64,000 nt of DNA. It comes from Heterodontus francisci. Taxonomy: Eukaryota. Under the pieces are notes generated by a model. That model made no database searches. It saw only the letters and a program-made list of their open reading frames with translations, and was not told the origin of the DNA. The position numbers and the translations under genes are program-made. Within the stretch, counting starts at the first letter, position 1. The number at the start of each line of letters is the position of its first letter. This document shows, one piece after another, positions 1-17,477 of this stretch. The stretch spans positions 124,791,593 to 124,855,592 of the forward strand of contig NC_090378.1 of NCBI RefSeq assembly GCF_036365525.1, read 5' to 3'.

Positions 1-3000
1 TACATAATATATAATAATGGACACACAGTCCCACCTCCTGTAATGACACATCCCACAGTTATATATAATATATAATAATGGACATGCAGTCCCACCTCCT
101 GTACTGACACATCCCACAGTTATATATTATATATAATAATGGACATGCAGTCCCAAATCCTGGACTGACACATCCCACAATTATATATAATATATATTAG
201 TGGACACACAGTCCCACCTCCTGTACTGACACATCCCACAGTTATATATAATATATAATAATGGACATGCAGTCCCACCTCCTGTAATGACACATCCCAC
301 AGTTATATATAATATATAATAATGGACACACAGTCCCACCTCCTGCAATGACACATCCCACAGTTTTATATAAAATATAATAATGGACAAACAGTCCCAC
401 ATCCTGTACTGACACATCCCACAGTTATATATCATATATAATAATGGAAACAAAGTCCCACCTCCTGTACTGACACATCCCACAGATATATATAATAAAT
501 AATAATGGACACACATTCCCACCTCCTGCACTGACACATCCCACAGTTATACATAATATGTAAAAATGGACACACAGTCCCACCTCCTGTACTGACACAT
601 CCCACAGTTACATATAATTTATAATACTGGACACAAAGTCCCACCTCCTGTACTGTCACATCCCACAGTTATATATAATATAATATAATGGACAGACAGT
701 CCCACCTCCTGTACTGACACATCCCACAGTAATATATAATATATAATAATGGACACACAGTCCCACCTCCTGCACTGACACATCCCAAAGTTATGTATAA
801 TATATAATAATGGACACACAGTCCCACCTCCGGTACTGACACGTCCCACAGTTATATATAATATATAATAATGGACACACAGTCCCACCTCCTGCACTGC
901 AACATCCCACAGTTATATATAATATATAATAATGGACACACAGTCCCACCTCCTGTACTGACACATCCCACAGTTATATATAATATTTAATAATGGACAC
1001 AGAGTCCCACCTCCTGTATTGACACATCCCACAGTTATATATAATAAATAATAATTGACACACAGTCCCACCTCCTGTAATGACACATCCCACAGTTATA
1101 TATAATATATAATAATGGACACACAGTCCCACCTCCTGTTTTGATACATCCCACAGTTATATATAATAAATAATAATTGACACACAGTCCCACCTCCTGT
1201 AATGACACATCCCACAGTTATATATAATATATAATAATGGACACACAGTCCCACCTCCTGTATTGACACATCCCACAGTTATATATAATAAATTATAATG
1301 ACACACAGTCCCACCTCCTGTACTGACACATCCCACAGTTATATATAATATATAATAATGGACACACAGTCCCACCTCCTGTATTGACACATCCCACAGT
1401 TATATATAATAAATAATAATTGACACACAGTCCCACCTCCTGTAATGACACATCCCACAGTTATATATAATATATAATAACGGACACACAGTCCCACCTC
1501 CTGTATTGACACATCCCACAGTTATATATAATAAATAATAATGGACACACAGTCCCACCTCCTATACTGACACATCCCAAAGTTATATATAATATATAAT
1601 AATGGACACACAGTCCCACCTCCTGTACTGACACGTCCCACAGTTATATATAATATATAATAATGGACACACAGTCCCACCTCCTGTACTGACACATCCC
1701 ACAGTTATATATAATATATAATAATGGACACACAGTCCCACCTCCTGCAATGACACATCCCACATTTATATATAATAAATAATAATGGAAACACAGTCCC
1801 ACCTCCTGCACTGACACATCCCACAGTTATATATAATATATAATAATGGACACACAGTCCCACCTCCTGCACTGACACATCCCACAGTAATATATAATAT
1901 ATAATAATGGACACACATTCCCACTTCCTGCACTGACACATCCCAAAGCTATGTATAATATATAATAATGGACACACAGTCCCACCTCCAGTACTGACAC
2001 GTCCCACAGTTATATATAATATAAAATAATGGACACACAGTCCCACCTCCTGCACTGCAACATCCCACAGTTATATATAATATATAATAATGGACACACA
2101 GTCCCACCTCCTGTACTGACACATCCCACAGTTATATATAATATATAATAATGGACACACAGTCCCACCTCCTGTATTGACACATCCCACAGTTATATAT
2201 AATAAATAATAATTGACACACAGTACCACCTCCTGTAATGACACATCCCACAGTTATATATAATGTATAATAATGGACACACAAGTCCCACCTCCTGTAT
2301 TGACACATCCCACAGTTATATATAATAAATAATAATGGACACACAGTCCCACCTCCTATACTGACACATCCCACAGTTATATATAATATATAATAATGGA
2401 CACACAGTCCCACCTCCTGTACTGACACATCCCACAGTTATAGATAATATGTAAAAATGGACACACAGTCCCACCTCCTGTACTGACACATCCCACAGTT
2501 ATGTATAATATATAATAATGGACACACAGTCCCACCTCCTGTACTGACACATCCCACAGTTATAGATAATATGTAAAAATGGACACACAGTCCCACCTCC
2601 TATACTGACACATCCCACAGTTATATATAATATGTAAAAATGGACACACAGTCCCACCTCCTGTACTGACACATCCCACAGTTATGTATAATATATAATA
2701 ATGGACACACAGTCCCACCTCCTGCAATGACACATCCCACATTTATATATAATATATAATAATGGACACACAGTCCCACATCCTGGACTGACACATCCCA
2801 CAGTTATATATTATATATAATAATGGACACACAGTCCCACCTCCTTTACTGACACGTCCCACAGTTATATATAATATATAATAATGGACACACAGTCCCA
2901 CCTCCTGTACTGACACGTCCCACAGTTATATATAATATATAATAATGGACACACAGTCCCACCTCCAGTCAGGACACATCCCAAAGTTATATATAATATA

Positions 3001-6000
3001 TTATAATGGACAAACAGTCACACCTCCTGCACTGACATACCCCACAGTAATATATAATATATAATAATGGACACACAGTCCCACCTCCTGTCATGGCATA
3101 TCCCACAGTTATATATAATATATAATAATGGACACACAGTCCCACCTCCTGGACTGACACATCCCTCAGTTATATATAATATACAATAATGGACACACAA
3201 TCCCACCTCCTGTAATGACACATCCCACAGTTATATATAATATATAATAAAGGACACACAGTCCCACCTCCTGCAATGACACATCCCACAGTTATATATA
3301 AAATATAATAATGGACAAACAGTCCCACATCCTGTACTGACACATCCCACAGTTATATATTATATATAATAATGGAAACCAAGTCCCACCTCCTGTACTG
3401 ACACATCCCACAATTATATATAATATATAATAATGGACACACAGTCCCACCTCCTGTACTGACACATCCCACAATTATGTATAATATATAATAGTGGACA
3501 CACTGTCCCACCTCCTGTAATGACACAACCCACAGTTATATATAATATATAATAATGGACACACTGTCCCACCTCCTATACTGACATATCCCACTGTAAT
3601 ATATAATATATAATAATGGACACACAGTCCCACCTCCTGTGCAGACACATTCCACAGTTATATATAATATATAATAATGGACACACAGGCCCAACTCCTG
3701 TACTGACATAATGCACAGTTATATACAATATATAATAATAGACACACAGTCCCAACTCCTATACTGACATATCCCACTGTAATATATAATATATAATAAT
3801 GGACACACCGTTCCACCTCCTGTCCAGACACATCCCACAGTTATGTATAATATATTATAATGGACAGACAGTCCCACCTCCTGTACAGACACATCCCACA
3901 GTTATATATAATATATAATAATGGACAGACAGTCCCACATCCTGTACTGACACATCCCACAATTATATATAATACATATTAGTGGACAGACAGTCCCACC
4001 TCCTGCAATGACATATCCCACATTTATACATAATATATAATAATGGACACACAGTCCCACCTCCTGTAATGACACATCCCACAGTTATATATAATATATA
4101 ATAATGGACATGCAGTCCCACCTCCTGTACTGACACATCCCACAGTTATATATTATATATAATAATGGACATGCAGTCCCAAATCCTGGACTGACACATC
4201 CCACAATTATATATAATATATATTAGTGGACACAAAGTCCCACCTCCTGTACTGACACATCCCACAGTTATATATAATATATAATAATGGACATGCAGTC
4301 CCACCTCCTGTAATGACACATCCCACAGTTATATATAATATATAATAATGGACAAACAGTCCCACATCCTGTACTGACACATCCCACAGTTATATATCAT
4401 ATATAATAATGGAAACAAAGTCCCACCTCCTGTACTGACACATCCCACAGTTATACATAATATGTAAAAATGGACACACTGTCCCACCTCCTGTACTGAC
4501 ACATCCCACAGTTATACATAATATGTAAAAATGGACACACAGTCCCACCTCCTGTACTGACACATCCCACAGTTATATATAATATAATATAATGGACAGA
4601 CAGTCCCACCTCCTGCACTGACATACACAACAGTAATATATAATTTATAATAATGGACACAAAGTCCCACCTCCTGTACTGTCACATCCCACAGTTATAT
4701 ATAATATAATATAATGGACAGACAGTCCCACCTCCTGCACTGACATACACAACAGTAATATATAATATATAATAATGGACACACAGTCCCACCTCCTGTG
4801 CAGACACATCCCACAGTTATATATAATATATAATAATGGACACACAGTCCCACCTCCTGGAAGGACACATCCCACAATTATGTATAATATATAATAGTGG
4901 ACACACTGTCCCACCTCCTGTAATGACATATCCCACTGTAATATATAATATATAATAATGGACACACAGTCCCACCTCCTGTGCAGACACATTCCACAGT
5001 TATATATAATATATAATAATGGACACACAGTCCCACCTCCTGTACTGACACATCCCACAGTTATATATAATTTATAATAATGGACATAAAGTCCCACCTC
5101 CTGTACTGACATCATGCACAGTTATATATAATATATAATAATGGACACACCGTTCCACCTCCTGTCCAGACACATCCCACAGTTATATATAATATATAAT
5201 AATGGACAGACAGTCCCACCTCCTGTACTGACACATCCCACAGTTATATATAATAAATAATAATGGACACACAGTCCCACCTCCTGTACTGACACATCCC
5301 ACAGTTACATATAATTTATAATAATGGACACAAAGTCCCACCTCCTGTACTGTCACATCCCACAGTTATATATAATATAATATAATGGACAGACAGTCCC
5401 ACCTCCTGCACTGACATACACAACAGTAATATATAATATATAATAATGGACACACAGTCCCACCTCCTGTGCAGACACATCCCACAGTTATATATAATAT
5501 ATAATAATGGACACACAGTCCCACCTCCTGCACTGACACATCCCAAAGTTATGTATAATATATAATAATGGACACACAGTCCCACCTCCGGTGCTGACAC
5601 GTCCCACAGTTATATATAATATATAATAATGGACACACAGTCCCACCTCCTGCACTGCAACATCCCACAGTTATATATAATATATAATAATGGAAACACA
5701 GTCCCACCTCCTGTACTGACACATCCCACAGTTATATAGAATATTTAATAATGGACACACAGTCCCACCTCCTGTATTGACACATCCCACAGTTATATAT
5801 AATAAATAATAATTGACACACAGTCCCTCCTCCTGTAATGACACATCCCACAGTTATATATAATATATAATAATGGACACACAGTCCCACCTCCTGTATT
5901 GACACATCCCACAGTAATATATAATATATAATATTGGACACACAGTCCCACCTCCTGTATTGACACATCCCACAGTTATATATAATAAATAATAATTGAC

Positions 6001-9000
6001 ACACAGTCCCACCTCCTGTAATGACACATCCCACAGTTATATATAATATATAATAACGGACACACAGTCCCACCTCCTGTATTGACACATCCCACAGTTA
6101 TATATAATAAATAATAATGGACACACAGTCCCACCTCCTATACTGACACATCCCACAGTTATATATAATATATAATAATGGAGACACAGTCCCACCTCCT
6201 GTATTGACACATCCCACAGTTATATATAATAAATAATAATGGACACACAGTCCCACCTCCTATACTGACACATCCCACAGTTATATATAATATATAATAA
6301 TGGACACACAGTCCCACCTCCTGCAATGACACATCCCACATTTATATATACTAAATAATAATGGAAACACAGTCCCACCTCCTGCACTGACACATCCCAC
6401 AGTTATATATAATATATAATAATGGACACACAGTCCCACCTCCTGCACTGACACATCCCAAAGTTATGTATAATATATAATAATGGACACACAGTCCCAC
6501 CTCCAGTACTGACACGTCCCACAGTTATATATAATATATAATAATGGACACACAGTCCCACCTCCTGCACTGCAACATCCCACAGTTATATATAATATAT
6601 AATAATGGACACACAGTCCCACCTCCTGTACTGACACATCCCACAGTTATATATAATATATAATAATGGACACACAGTCCCACCTCCTGTATTGACACAT
6701 CCCACAGTTATATATAATAAATAATAATTGACACACAGTCCCACCTCCTGTAATGACACATCCCACAGTTATATATAATGTATAATAACGGACACGCAGT
6801 CCCACCTCCTGTATTGACACATCCCACAGTTATATATAATAAATAATAATGGACACACAGTCCCACCTCCTATACTGACACATCCCACAGTTATATATAA
6901 TATATAATAATGGACACACAGTCCCACCTCCTGTACTGACACGTCCCACAGTTATATATAATATATAATAATGGACACACAGTCCCACCTCCTGTACTGA
7001 CAAATCCCACAGTTATACATAATATGTAAAAATGGACACACAGTCCCACCTCCTGTACAGACACATCCCACAGTTATATATAATATATAATAATGGACAC
7101 ACAGTCCCACCTCCTGTACTGACACGTCCCACAGTTATATATAATATATAATAATGGACACACAGTCCCACCTCCTGTACTGACACATCCCACAGTTATA
7201 CATAATATATAATAATGGACACACAGTCCCACCTCCTGCAATGACACATCCCACATTTATATATAATATATAATAATGGACACACAGTCCCACATCCTGG
7301 ACTGACACATCCCACAGTTATATATTATATATAATAATGGACACACAGTCCCACCTCCTTTACTGACACGTCCCACAGTTATATATAATATATAATAATG
7401 GACAAACCGTCCCACCTCCTGTACTGACACGTCCCACAGTTATATATAATATATATGAAGGAAACACACTCCCACCTCCTTTACTGACACGTCCCACAGT
7501 TATATATAATATATAATAATGGACACACAGTCCCACCTCCTGTCATGTCATATCCCACAGTTATATATAATATATAATAATGGACAAACCGACCCACCTC
7601 CTGTACTGACACGTCCCACAGTTATATATAATATATATGAAGGAAACACAGTCCCACCTCCTGTACTGACACATGCCACAGTTATATATAATATATAATA
7701 ATGGACACACAATCTCACCTCCTGTAATGACACGTCCCACAGTTAAATAAAATATATAATAATGGACACACAGTCCCACCTCCTGCAATGACACATCCCA
7801 TAGTTATATAAAACATAAAATATTGGACACACAGTCCCACCGCCTGTACTGACACATCCCACAGTTATATATTATATATAATAATGGACACACAGTCCCA
7901 CCTCCTGGACTGACACATCCCACAGTTATATATAATATATAATAATGGACACACAGTCCCACCTCCTGTACTGACACATCCCACAGTTATATACAATATA
8001 TAATAATGGACGCACAGTCCCACCTCCTGGACTGACACATCCCACAGTGATATATAATATATAATAATGGACACACAGTCCCACCTCCTGTACTGACACA
8101 TCCCACAGTTATATACAATATATAATAATGGACGCACAGTCCCACCTCCTGGACTGACACATCCCACAGTTATATATAATATATAATAATGGACACACAG
8201 TCCCACCTCCTGTACTGACACGTCCCACAGTTATATATAATATATAATAATGGACAGACAGTCACACCTCCTGTACTGACACATCCCACAGTTATATATA
8301 ATATATAACAATGAACACACAGTCCCACCTCCTGTACTGACATGTCCCACAGTTATATATAATATATAATAATGGACACACAGTCCCACCTCCTGTATTG
8401 ACACATCCCACAGTTATATATAATATCTTATAATAGACACACAGTCCGACTTCCTGCACTGACATACCCCACAGTTATATATAATCTATAATAATGGACA
8501 CACAGTCCCACCTCCTGCAATGACACATCCCACAGTTATATGTAATATATAATAATGGACACACAGTCCCACTTCCTGTCATGACACATCCCACAGGTAT
8601 TTATAATATATAATAATGGACACACAGTCCCACCTCCTGTACTGACACATCCCACAGTTATATATAATATATAATAATGGACACACAGTCCCACTTCCTG
8701 TAATGACACATCCCACAGGTATTTATAATATATAATAATGGACACACAGTCCCACCTCCTGTATTGACACGTCCCACAGTAAGAGATAATATATCATAAT
8801 GGTCACACATTCCCACTTCCTGGACTGACACGTCCCACAGTTATATATAATATATAATAATGGACAGACCGTCCCACCTCCTGCACTGACACATCCCACA
8901 GTTATATATAATATATTATGATGGACAGACAGTCCCACCTCCCGCACTGACACATCCCACAGTTATATATAATATATAATAATGGACACACAGTCCCACC

Positions 9001-12000
9001 TCCTGTACTGACACATCCCACAGTTAAATATTATATATAATAATGGACACACAGTCCCACCTCCATCACTGACACATCCCACAGTTATGTATAATAATGG
9101 ACACACAGTCCCACCTCCTGTACTGACACATGCCACAGTTATATATAATATATAATAATGGACACACAGTCCCACATCCTGTACTGACACATCCCACAGT
9201 TAAATATTATATATAATAATGGACACACAGTCCCACCTCCATCACTGACACATCCCACAGTTATGTATAATAATGGACACACAGTCCCACCTCCTGTACT
9301 GACACATGCCACAGTTATATATAATATATAATAATGGACACACAATCCCACCTCCTGTAATGACACGTCCCACAGTTATATATAATATATAATAATGGAC
9401 ACACAGTCCCACCTCCTGCAATGACACATCCCATAGTTATATAAAACATAAAATATTGGACACACAGTCCCACCTCCTGTACTGACACATCCCACAGTGA
9501 TATATAATATATAATAATGGACACACAGTCCCACCTCCTGTACTGACACATCCCACAGTTATATACAATATATAATAATGGACACACAGTCCCACCTCCT
9601 GTACTGACACATCGCACAGTTATATATAATATATAATAATGGACACACAGTCCCACCTCCTGTACTGACACGTCCCACAGTTATATATAATATATAATAA
9701 TGGACAGACAGTCACACCTCCTGTACTGACACATCCCACACTTACATATAATATATCACAATGAACACACAGTCCCACCTCCTGTACTGACATGTCCCAC
9801 AGTTATATATAATATATAATAATGGACACACAGTCCCACCTCCTGTATTGACACATCCCACAGTTATATATAATATATTATAATAGACACACAGTCCGAC
9901 CTCCTGCACTGACATATCCCACAGTTATATATAATCTATAATAATGGACACACAGTCCCACCTCCTGCAATGACATATCCCACAGTTATATATAATATAT
10001 AATAATGGACACACAGTCCCACTTCCTGTAATGACACATCCCACAGGTATATATAATATATAATAATGGACACACAGTCCCACCTCCTGTACTGACACAT
10101 CCCACAGATATATATAATATATAATAATGGACAGACCGTCCCACCTCCTGCACTGACACATCCCACAGTTATATATAATATATTATGATGGACAGACAGT
10201 CCCACCTCCTGTACTGACACATCTCACAGTGATATATAATATATAATAATGGACACACAGTCCCACCTCCTGTACTGACACATCCCACAGTTATATATAA
10301 TATATAATAATGGACACACAGTCCCACCTCCTGTATTGACACATCCCACAGTTATATATAATAAATAATAATTGACACACAGTCCCACCTCCTGTAATGA
10401 CACATCCCACAGTTATATATAATATATAATAACGGACACACAGTCCCACCTCCTGTATTGACACATCCCACAGTTATATATAATAAATAATAATGGACAC
10501 ACAGTCCCACCTCCTATACTGACACATCCCACAGTTATATATAATATATAATAATGGACACACAGTCCCACCTCCTGTATTGACACATCCCACAGTTATA
10601 TATAATAAATAATAATGGACACACAGTCCCACCTCCTATACTGACACATCCCACAGTTATATATAATATATAATAATGGACACACAGTCCCACCTCCTGC
10701 AATGACACATCCCACATTTATATATAATAAATAATAATGGACACACAGTCCCACTTCCTGCACTGACACATCCCACAGTTATATATAATATATAATAATG
10801 GACACACAGTCCCACCTCCTGTACTGACACATCCCACAGTTATATATAATATATAATAATGGACACACAGTCCCACCTCCTGCACTGACACATCCCAAAG
10901 TTATGTATAATATATAATAATGGACACACAGTCCCACCTCCAGTACTGACACGTCCCACAGTTATATATAATATATAATAATGGACACACAGTCCCACCT
11001 CCAGTACTGACACATCCCACAGTTATATATAATATATAATAATGGACACACAGTCCCACCTCCTGTATTGACACATCCCACAGTTATATATAATAAATAA
11101 TAATTGACACACAGTCCCACCTCCTGTAATGGCACATCCCACAGTTATATATAATGTATAATAATGGACACGCAGTCCCACCTCCTGTATTGACACATCC
11201 CACAGTTATATATAATAAATAATAATGGACACACAGTCCCACCTCCTATACTGACACATCCCACAGTTATATATAATATATAATAATGGACACACAGTCC
11301 CACCTCCTGTACTGACACGTCCCACAGTTATATATAATATATAATAATGGACACACAGTCCCACCTCCTGTACTGACACATCCCACAGTTATATATAATA
11401 TATAATAATGGACACACAGTCCCACCTCCTGCAATGACACATCCCACATTTATATATAATATATAATAATGGACACACAGTCCCACATCCTGGACTGACA
11501 CATCCCACAGTTATATATTATATATAATAATGGACACACAGTCCCACCTCCTTTACTGACACGTCCCACAGTTATATATAGTATATAATAATGGACAAAC
11601 CGTCCCACCTCCTGTACTGACACGTCCCACAGTTATATATAATATATATGAAGGAAACACAGTCCCACCTCCTTTACTGACACGTCCCACAGTTATATAT
11701 AATATATAATAATGGACACACAGTCCCACCTCCTGTCATGTCATATCCCACAGTTATATATAATATATAATAATGGACAAACCGACCCACCTCCTGTACT
11801 GACACGTCCCACAGTTATATATAATATATATGAAGGAAACACAGTCCCACCTCCTGTACTGACACATGCCACAGTTATATATAATATATAATAATGGACA
11901 CACAATCCCACCTCCTGTAATGACACGTCCCACAGTTAAATAAAATATATAATAATGGACACACAGTCCCACCTCCTGCAATGACACATCCCATAGTTAT

Positions 12001-15000
12001 ATAAAACATAAAATATTGGACACACAGTCCCACCGCCTGTACTGACACATCCCACAGTTATATATTATATATAATAATGGACACACAGTCCCACCTCCTG
12101 GACTGACACATCCCACAGTTATAAATAATATATAATAATGGACACACGGTCCCACCTCCTGCACTGACACATCCCACAGTTATATATCATGTATAATAAT
12201 GGACACACAGTCCCACCTCCTGTACTGACACATCCCACAGTGATATATAATATATAATAATGGACACACAGTCCCACCTCCTGTACTGACACATCCCACA
12301 GTTATATACAATATATAATAATGGACGCACAGTCCCACCTCCTGTACTGACACATCCCACAGTTATATATAATATATAACAATGAACACACAGTCCCACC
12401 TCCTGTACTGACATGTCCCACAGTTATATATAATATATAATAATGGACACACAGTCCCACCTCCTGTATTGACACATCCCACAGTTATATATAATATCTT
12501 ATAATAGACACACAGTCCGACTTCCTGCACTGACATACCCCACAGTTATATATAATCTATAATAATGGACACACAGTCCCACCTCCTGCAATGACACATC
12601 CCACAGTTATATGTAATATATAATAATGGACACACAGTCCCACTTCCTGTCATGACACATCCCACAGGTATTTATAATATATAATAATGGACACACAGTC
12701 CCACCTCCTGTACTGACACATCCCACAGTTATATATAATATATAATAATGGACACACAGTCCCACTTCCTGTCATGACACATCCCACAGGTATTTATAAT
12801 ATATAATAATGGACACACAGTCCCACCTCCTGTATTGACACGTCCCACAGTGATATATAATATATAATAATGGACACACAGTCCCACTTCCTGTCATGAC
12901 ACATCCCACAGGTATTTATAATATATAATAATGGACACACAGTCCCACTTCCTGGACTGACACGTCCCACAGTTATATATAATATATAATAATGGACACA
13001 CAGTCCCACCTCCTGTACTGACACATCCCACAGGTAAATATTATATATAATAATGGACACACAGTCCCACCTCCATCACTGACATATCCCACAGTTATAT
13101 ATAATATATAATAATGGACACACAGTCCCACATCCTGTACTGACACATCCCACAGGTAAATATTATATATAATAATGGACACACAGTCCCACCTCCATCA
13201 CTGACACATCCCACAGTTATGTATAATAATGGACACACAGTCCCACCTCCTGTACTGACACATGCCACAGTTATATATAACATATAATAATGGACACACA
13301 ATCCCACCTCCTGCAATGACACATCCCATAGTTATATAAAACATAAAATATTGGACACACAGTCCCACCTCCTGTACTGACACATCCCACAGTTATATAT
13401 AATATATCATAATGGACACACAGTCCCACCTCCTGCAATGACACATCCCATAGTTATATAAAACATAAAATATTGGACACACAGTCCCACCTCCTGTACT
13501 GACACATCCCACAGTGATATATAATATATAATAATGGACACACAGTCCCACTTCCTGTACTGATACATCCCACAGTTATATACAATATATAATAATGGAC
13601 ACACAGTCCCACCTCCTGTACTGACACATCGCACAGTTATATATAATATATAATAATGGACACACAGTCCCACCTCCTGTACTGACACGTCCCACAGTTA
13701 TATATAATATATAATAATGGACAGACAGTCACACCTCCTGTACTGACACATCCCACACTTACATATAATATATCACAATGAACACACAGTCCCACCTCCT
13801 GTACTGACATGTCCCACAGTTATATATAATATATAATAATGGACACACAGTCCCACCTCCTGTATTGACACATCCCACAGTTATATATAATATATTATAA
13901 TAGACACACAGTCCGACCTCCTGCACTGACATATCCCACAGTTATATATAATCTATAATAATGGACACACAGTCCCACCTCCTGCAATGACATATCCCAC
14001 AGTTATATATAATATATAATAATGGACACACAGTCCCACTTCCTGTAATGACACATCCCACAGATATATATAATATATAATAATGGACAGACCGTCCCAC
14101 CTCCTGCACTGACACATCCCACAGTTATATATAATATATTATGATGGACAGACAGTCCCACCTCCTGTACTGACACATCCCACAGTGATATATAATATAT
14201 AATAATGGACACACAGTCCCACCTCCTGTACTGACAGATCCCACAGTTATGTACAATATATAATAATGGACACACAGTCCCACCTCCTGTACTGACACAT
14301 CCCACAGTTATATATAATATATAATAATGGACAGACCGTCCCACCTCCTGCACTGACACATCCCACAGTTATATATAATATATTATGATGGACAGACAGT
14401 CCCACCTCCTGTACTGACACATCCCACAGTGATATATAATATATAATAATGGACACACAGTCCCACCTCCTGTACTGACACATCCCACAGTTATATACAA
14501 TATATAATAATGGACACACAGTCCCACCTCCTCTTCTGACATTTCCCACAGTAAGAGATAATATATCATAATGGTCACACAGTCCCACCTCCTGAACTGA
14601 CACGTCCCACAGTTATATATGATACATAATAATGGACAGACCGTCCCACCTCCTGCACTGACACATCCCACAGTTATATATAATGTATTATGAAGGACAG
14701 ACAGTCCCACCTCCTGTACTGACACATCCCACAGTGATATATAATATATAATAATGGACACACAGTCCCACCTCCTGTACTGACACATCCCACAGTTATA
14801 TACAATATATAATAATGGACACACAGTCCCACCTCCTGTACTGACACATCCCACAGTTATATATAATATATAATAATGGACACACAGTCCCACCTCCTGT
14901 ACTGACACGTCCCACAGTTATATATAATATATAATAATGGACAGACAGTCACACCTCCTGTACTGACACATCCCACACTTACATATAATATATAACAATG

Positions 15001-17477
15001 AACACACAGTCCCACCTCCTGTACTGACATGTCCCACAGTTATATATAATATATAATAATGGACACACAGTCCCACCTCCTGTATTGACACATCCCACAG
15101 TTATATATAATATATAATAATGGACACACAGTCCCACCTCCTGTATTGACACATCCCACAGTTATATATAATATATAATAATGGACAGACAGTCACACCT
15201 CCTGTACTGACACATCCCACACTTACATATAATATATAACAATGAACACACAGTCCCACCTCCTGTACTGACATGTCCCACAGTTATATATAATATATAA
15301 TAATGGACACACAGTCCCACCTCCTGTATTGACACATCCCACAGTTATATATAATATATAATAATGGACAGACAGTCACACCTCCTGTACTGACACATCC
15401 CACACTTACATATAATATATAACAATGAACACACAGTCCCACCTCCTGTACTGACATGTCCCACAGTTGTATATAATATATAATAATGGACACACAGTCC
15501 CACCTCCTGCACTGACATACCCCACAGTGATATATAATCTATAATAATGGACACACAGTCCCACCTCCTGCAATGACATATCCCACAGTTATATATAATA
15601 TATAATAATGGACACACAGTCCCTCTTCCTGTAATGACACATCCCACAGGTATATATAATATATAATAATGGACACACAGTCCCACCTCCTGCACTGACA
15701 CATCCCACAGTTATATATAATATATTATGATGGACAGACAGTCCCACCTCCTGTCATGACATATCCCACAGTTATATATAATATATAATAATGGACACAC
15801 AGTCCCACATCCTTTACTGACACATCCCACAGTTATATATTATATATAATAATGGACACACAGTCCCACCTCCTGCACTGACACATCCCACAGTTATATA
15901 TAATATATCATAATGGACACACAGTCCCACCTCCTGTACTGGCACATCCCACAGTTATATGTAATATATAATAATGGACACACAGTCCCACCTCCTGTAC
16001 TGACACGTCCCACAGTTACATATAATATATAATAATGGACACACAGTCCCACCTCCTGTACTGACACATCCCACAGTTATATATAGTACATTATAATGGA
16101 CTCACAGTCCCACTTCCTGTAATGACACATCCCACAGTTATATATAGTACATTATAATGGACTCACAGTCCCACCTCCTGTACTGACACATCCCACAGTT
16201 ATATATAATATATAATAATGGACTCACAGTCCCACCTCCTGTACTGACACATCCCACAGTTATATATAATATATAATAATGGACACACAGTCCCACCTCC
16301 TCTTCCGACATATCCCACAGTTATATATAATATATAAGAATGGACACACAATCCCACCTCCTGTAATGACACATCCCACAGTTATATATAATATATAATA
16401 ATGGACACACAGTCCCACCTCCTGTATTGACACGTCCCACAGTTATATATAATAAATAATAATGGCCACACAGTCCCACCTCCTGTACTGACACATCCCA
16501 CAGTTATATATAATATATTATAATGGACAGACAATCCCACCTCCTGCACTGACATACCCCACAGTAATATATAATATATAATAATGGACACACAGTCCCA
16601 CTTCCTGTCATGACATATCCCACAGTTATATATAATATATTATAATGGACAGACAATCCCACCTCCTGCACTGACATACCCCACAGTAATATATAATATA
16701 TAATAATGGACACACAGTCCCACTTCCTGTCATGACATATCCCACAGTTATATATAATATATAATAATGGACACACAATCCCACCTCCTGTACTGACACG
16801 TCCCACAGTTATATATAATATATATGAAGGAAACACAGTCCCACCTCCTGTACTGACACATGCCACAGTTATATATAATATATAATAATGGACACACAAT
16901 CCCACCTCCTGTAATGACACGTCCCACAGTTATATATAATATATAATAATGGACACACAGTCCCACCTCCTGCAATGACACATCCCATAGTTATATGTAA
17001 CATATAATATTGGACACACAGTCCCACCTCCTGTACTGACACATCCCACAGTTATATATAATATATAATAATGGACACACAGTCCCACCTCCTGTACTGA
17101 CACATCCCACAGTTATATATAATATATAATAATGGACACACATTCCCACCTCCTGTACTGACACATCCCACAGTTATATGTAACATATAATATTGGACAC
17201 ACAGTCCCACCTCCTGTACTGACACATCCCACAGTTATATATAATATATAATAATGGACACACAGTCCCACCTCCTGTACTGACACATCCCACAGTTATA
17301 TATAATATATAATAATGGACACACATTCCCACTTCCTGTACTGACACATCCCACAGTTATATATAACATATAATATTGGACACACAGTCCCACCTCCTGT
17401 ACTGACACGTCCCACAGTGAAATATAATATATAATAATAGACACACAGTCCGACCTCCTGCACTGACATACCCCACA
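1..17477. repeat. 61-bp tandem satellite (~285 units, continues beyond left edge)
   Basis: Consensus CACAGTTATATATAATATATAATAATGGACACACAGTCCCACCTCCTGTACTGACACATCC repeats head-to-tail from base 1 to an abrupt junction with RTE sequence at ~17477 (cccacag|ggagaacagc). Confidence 0.98.
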
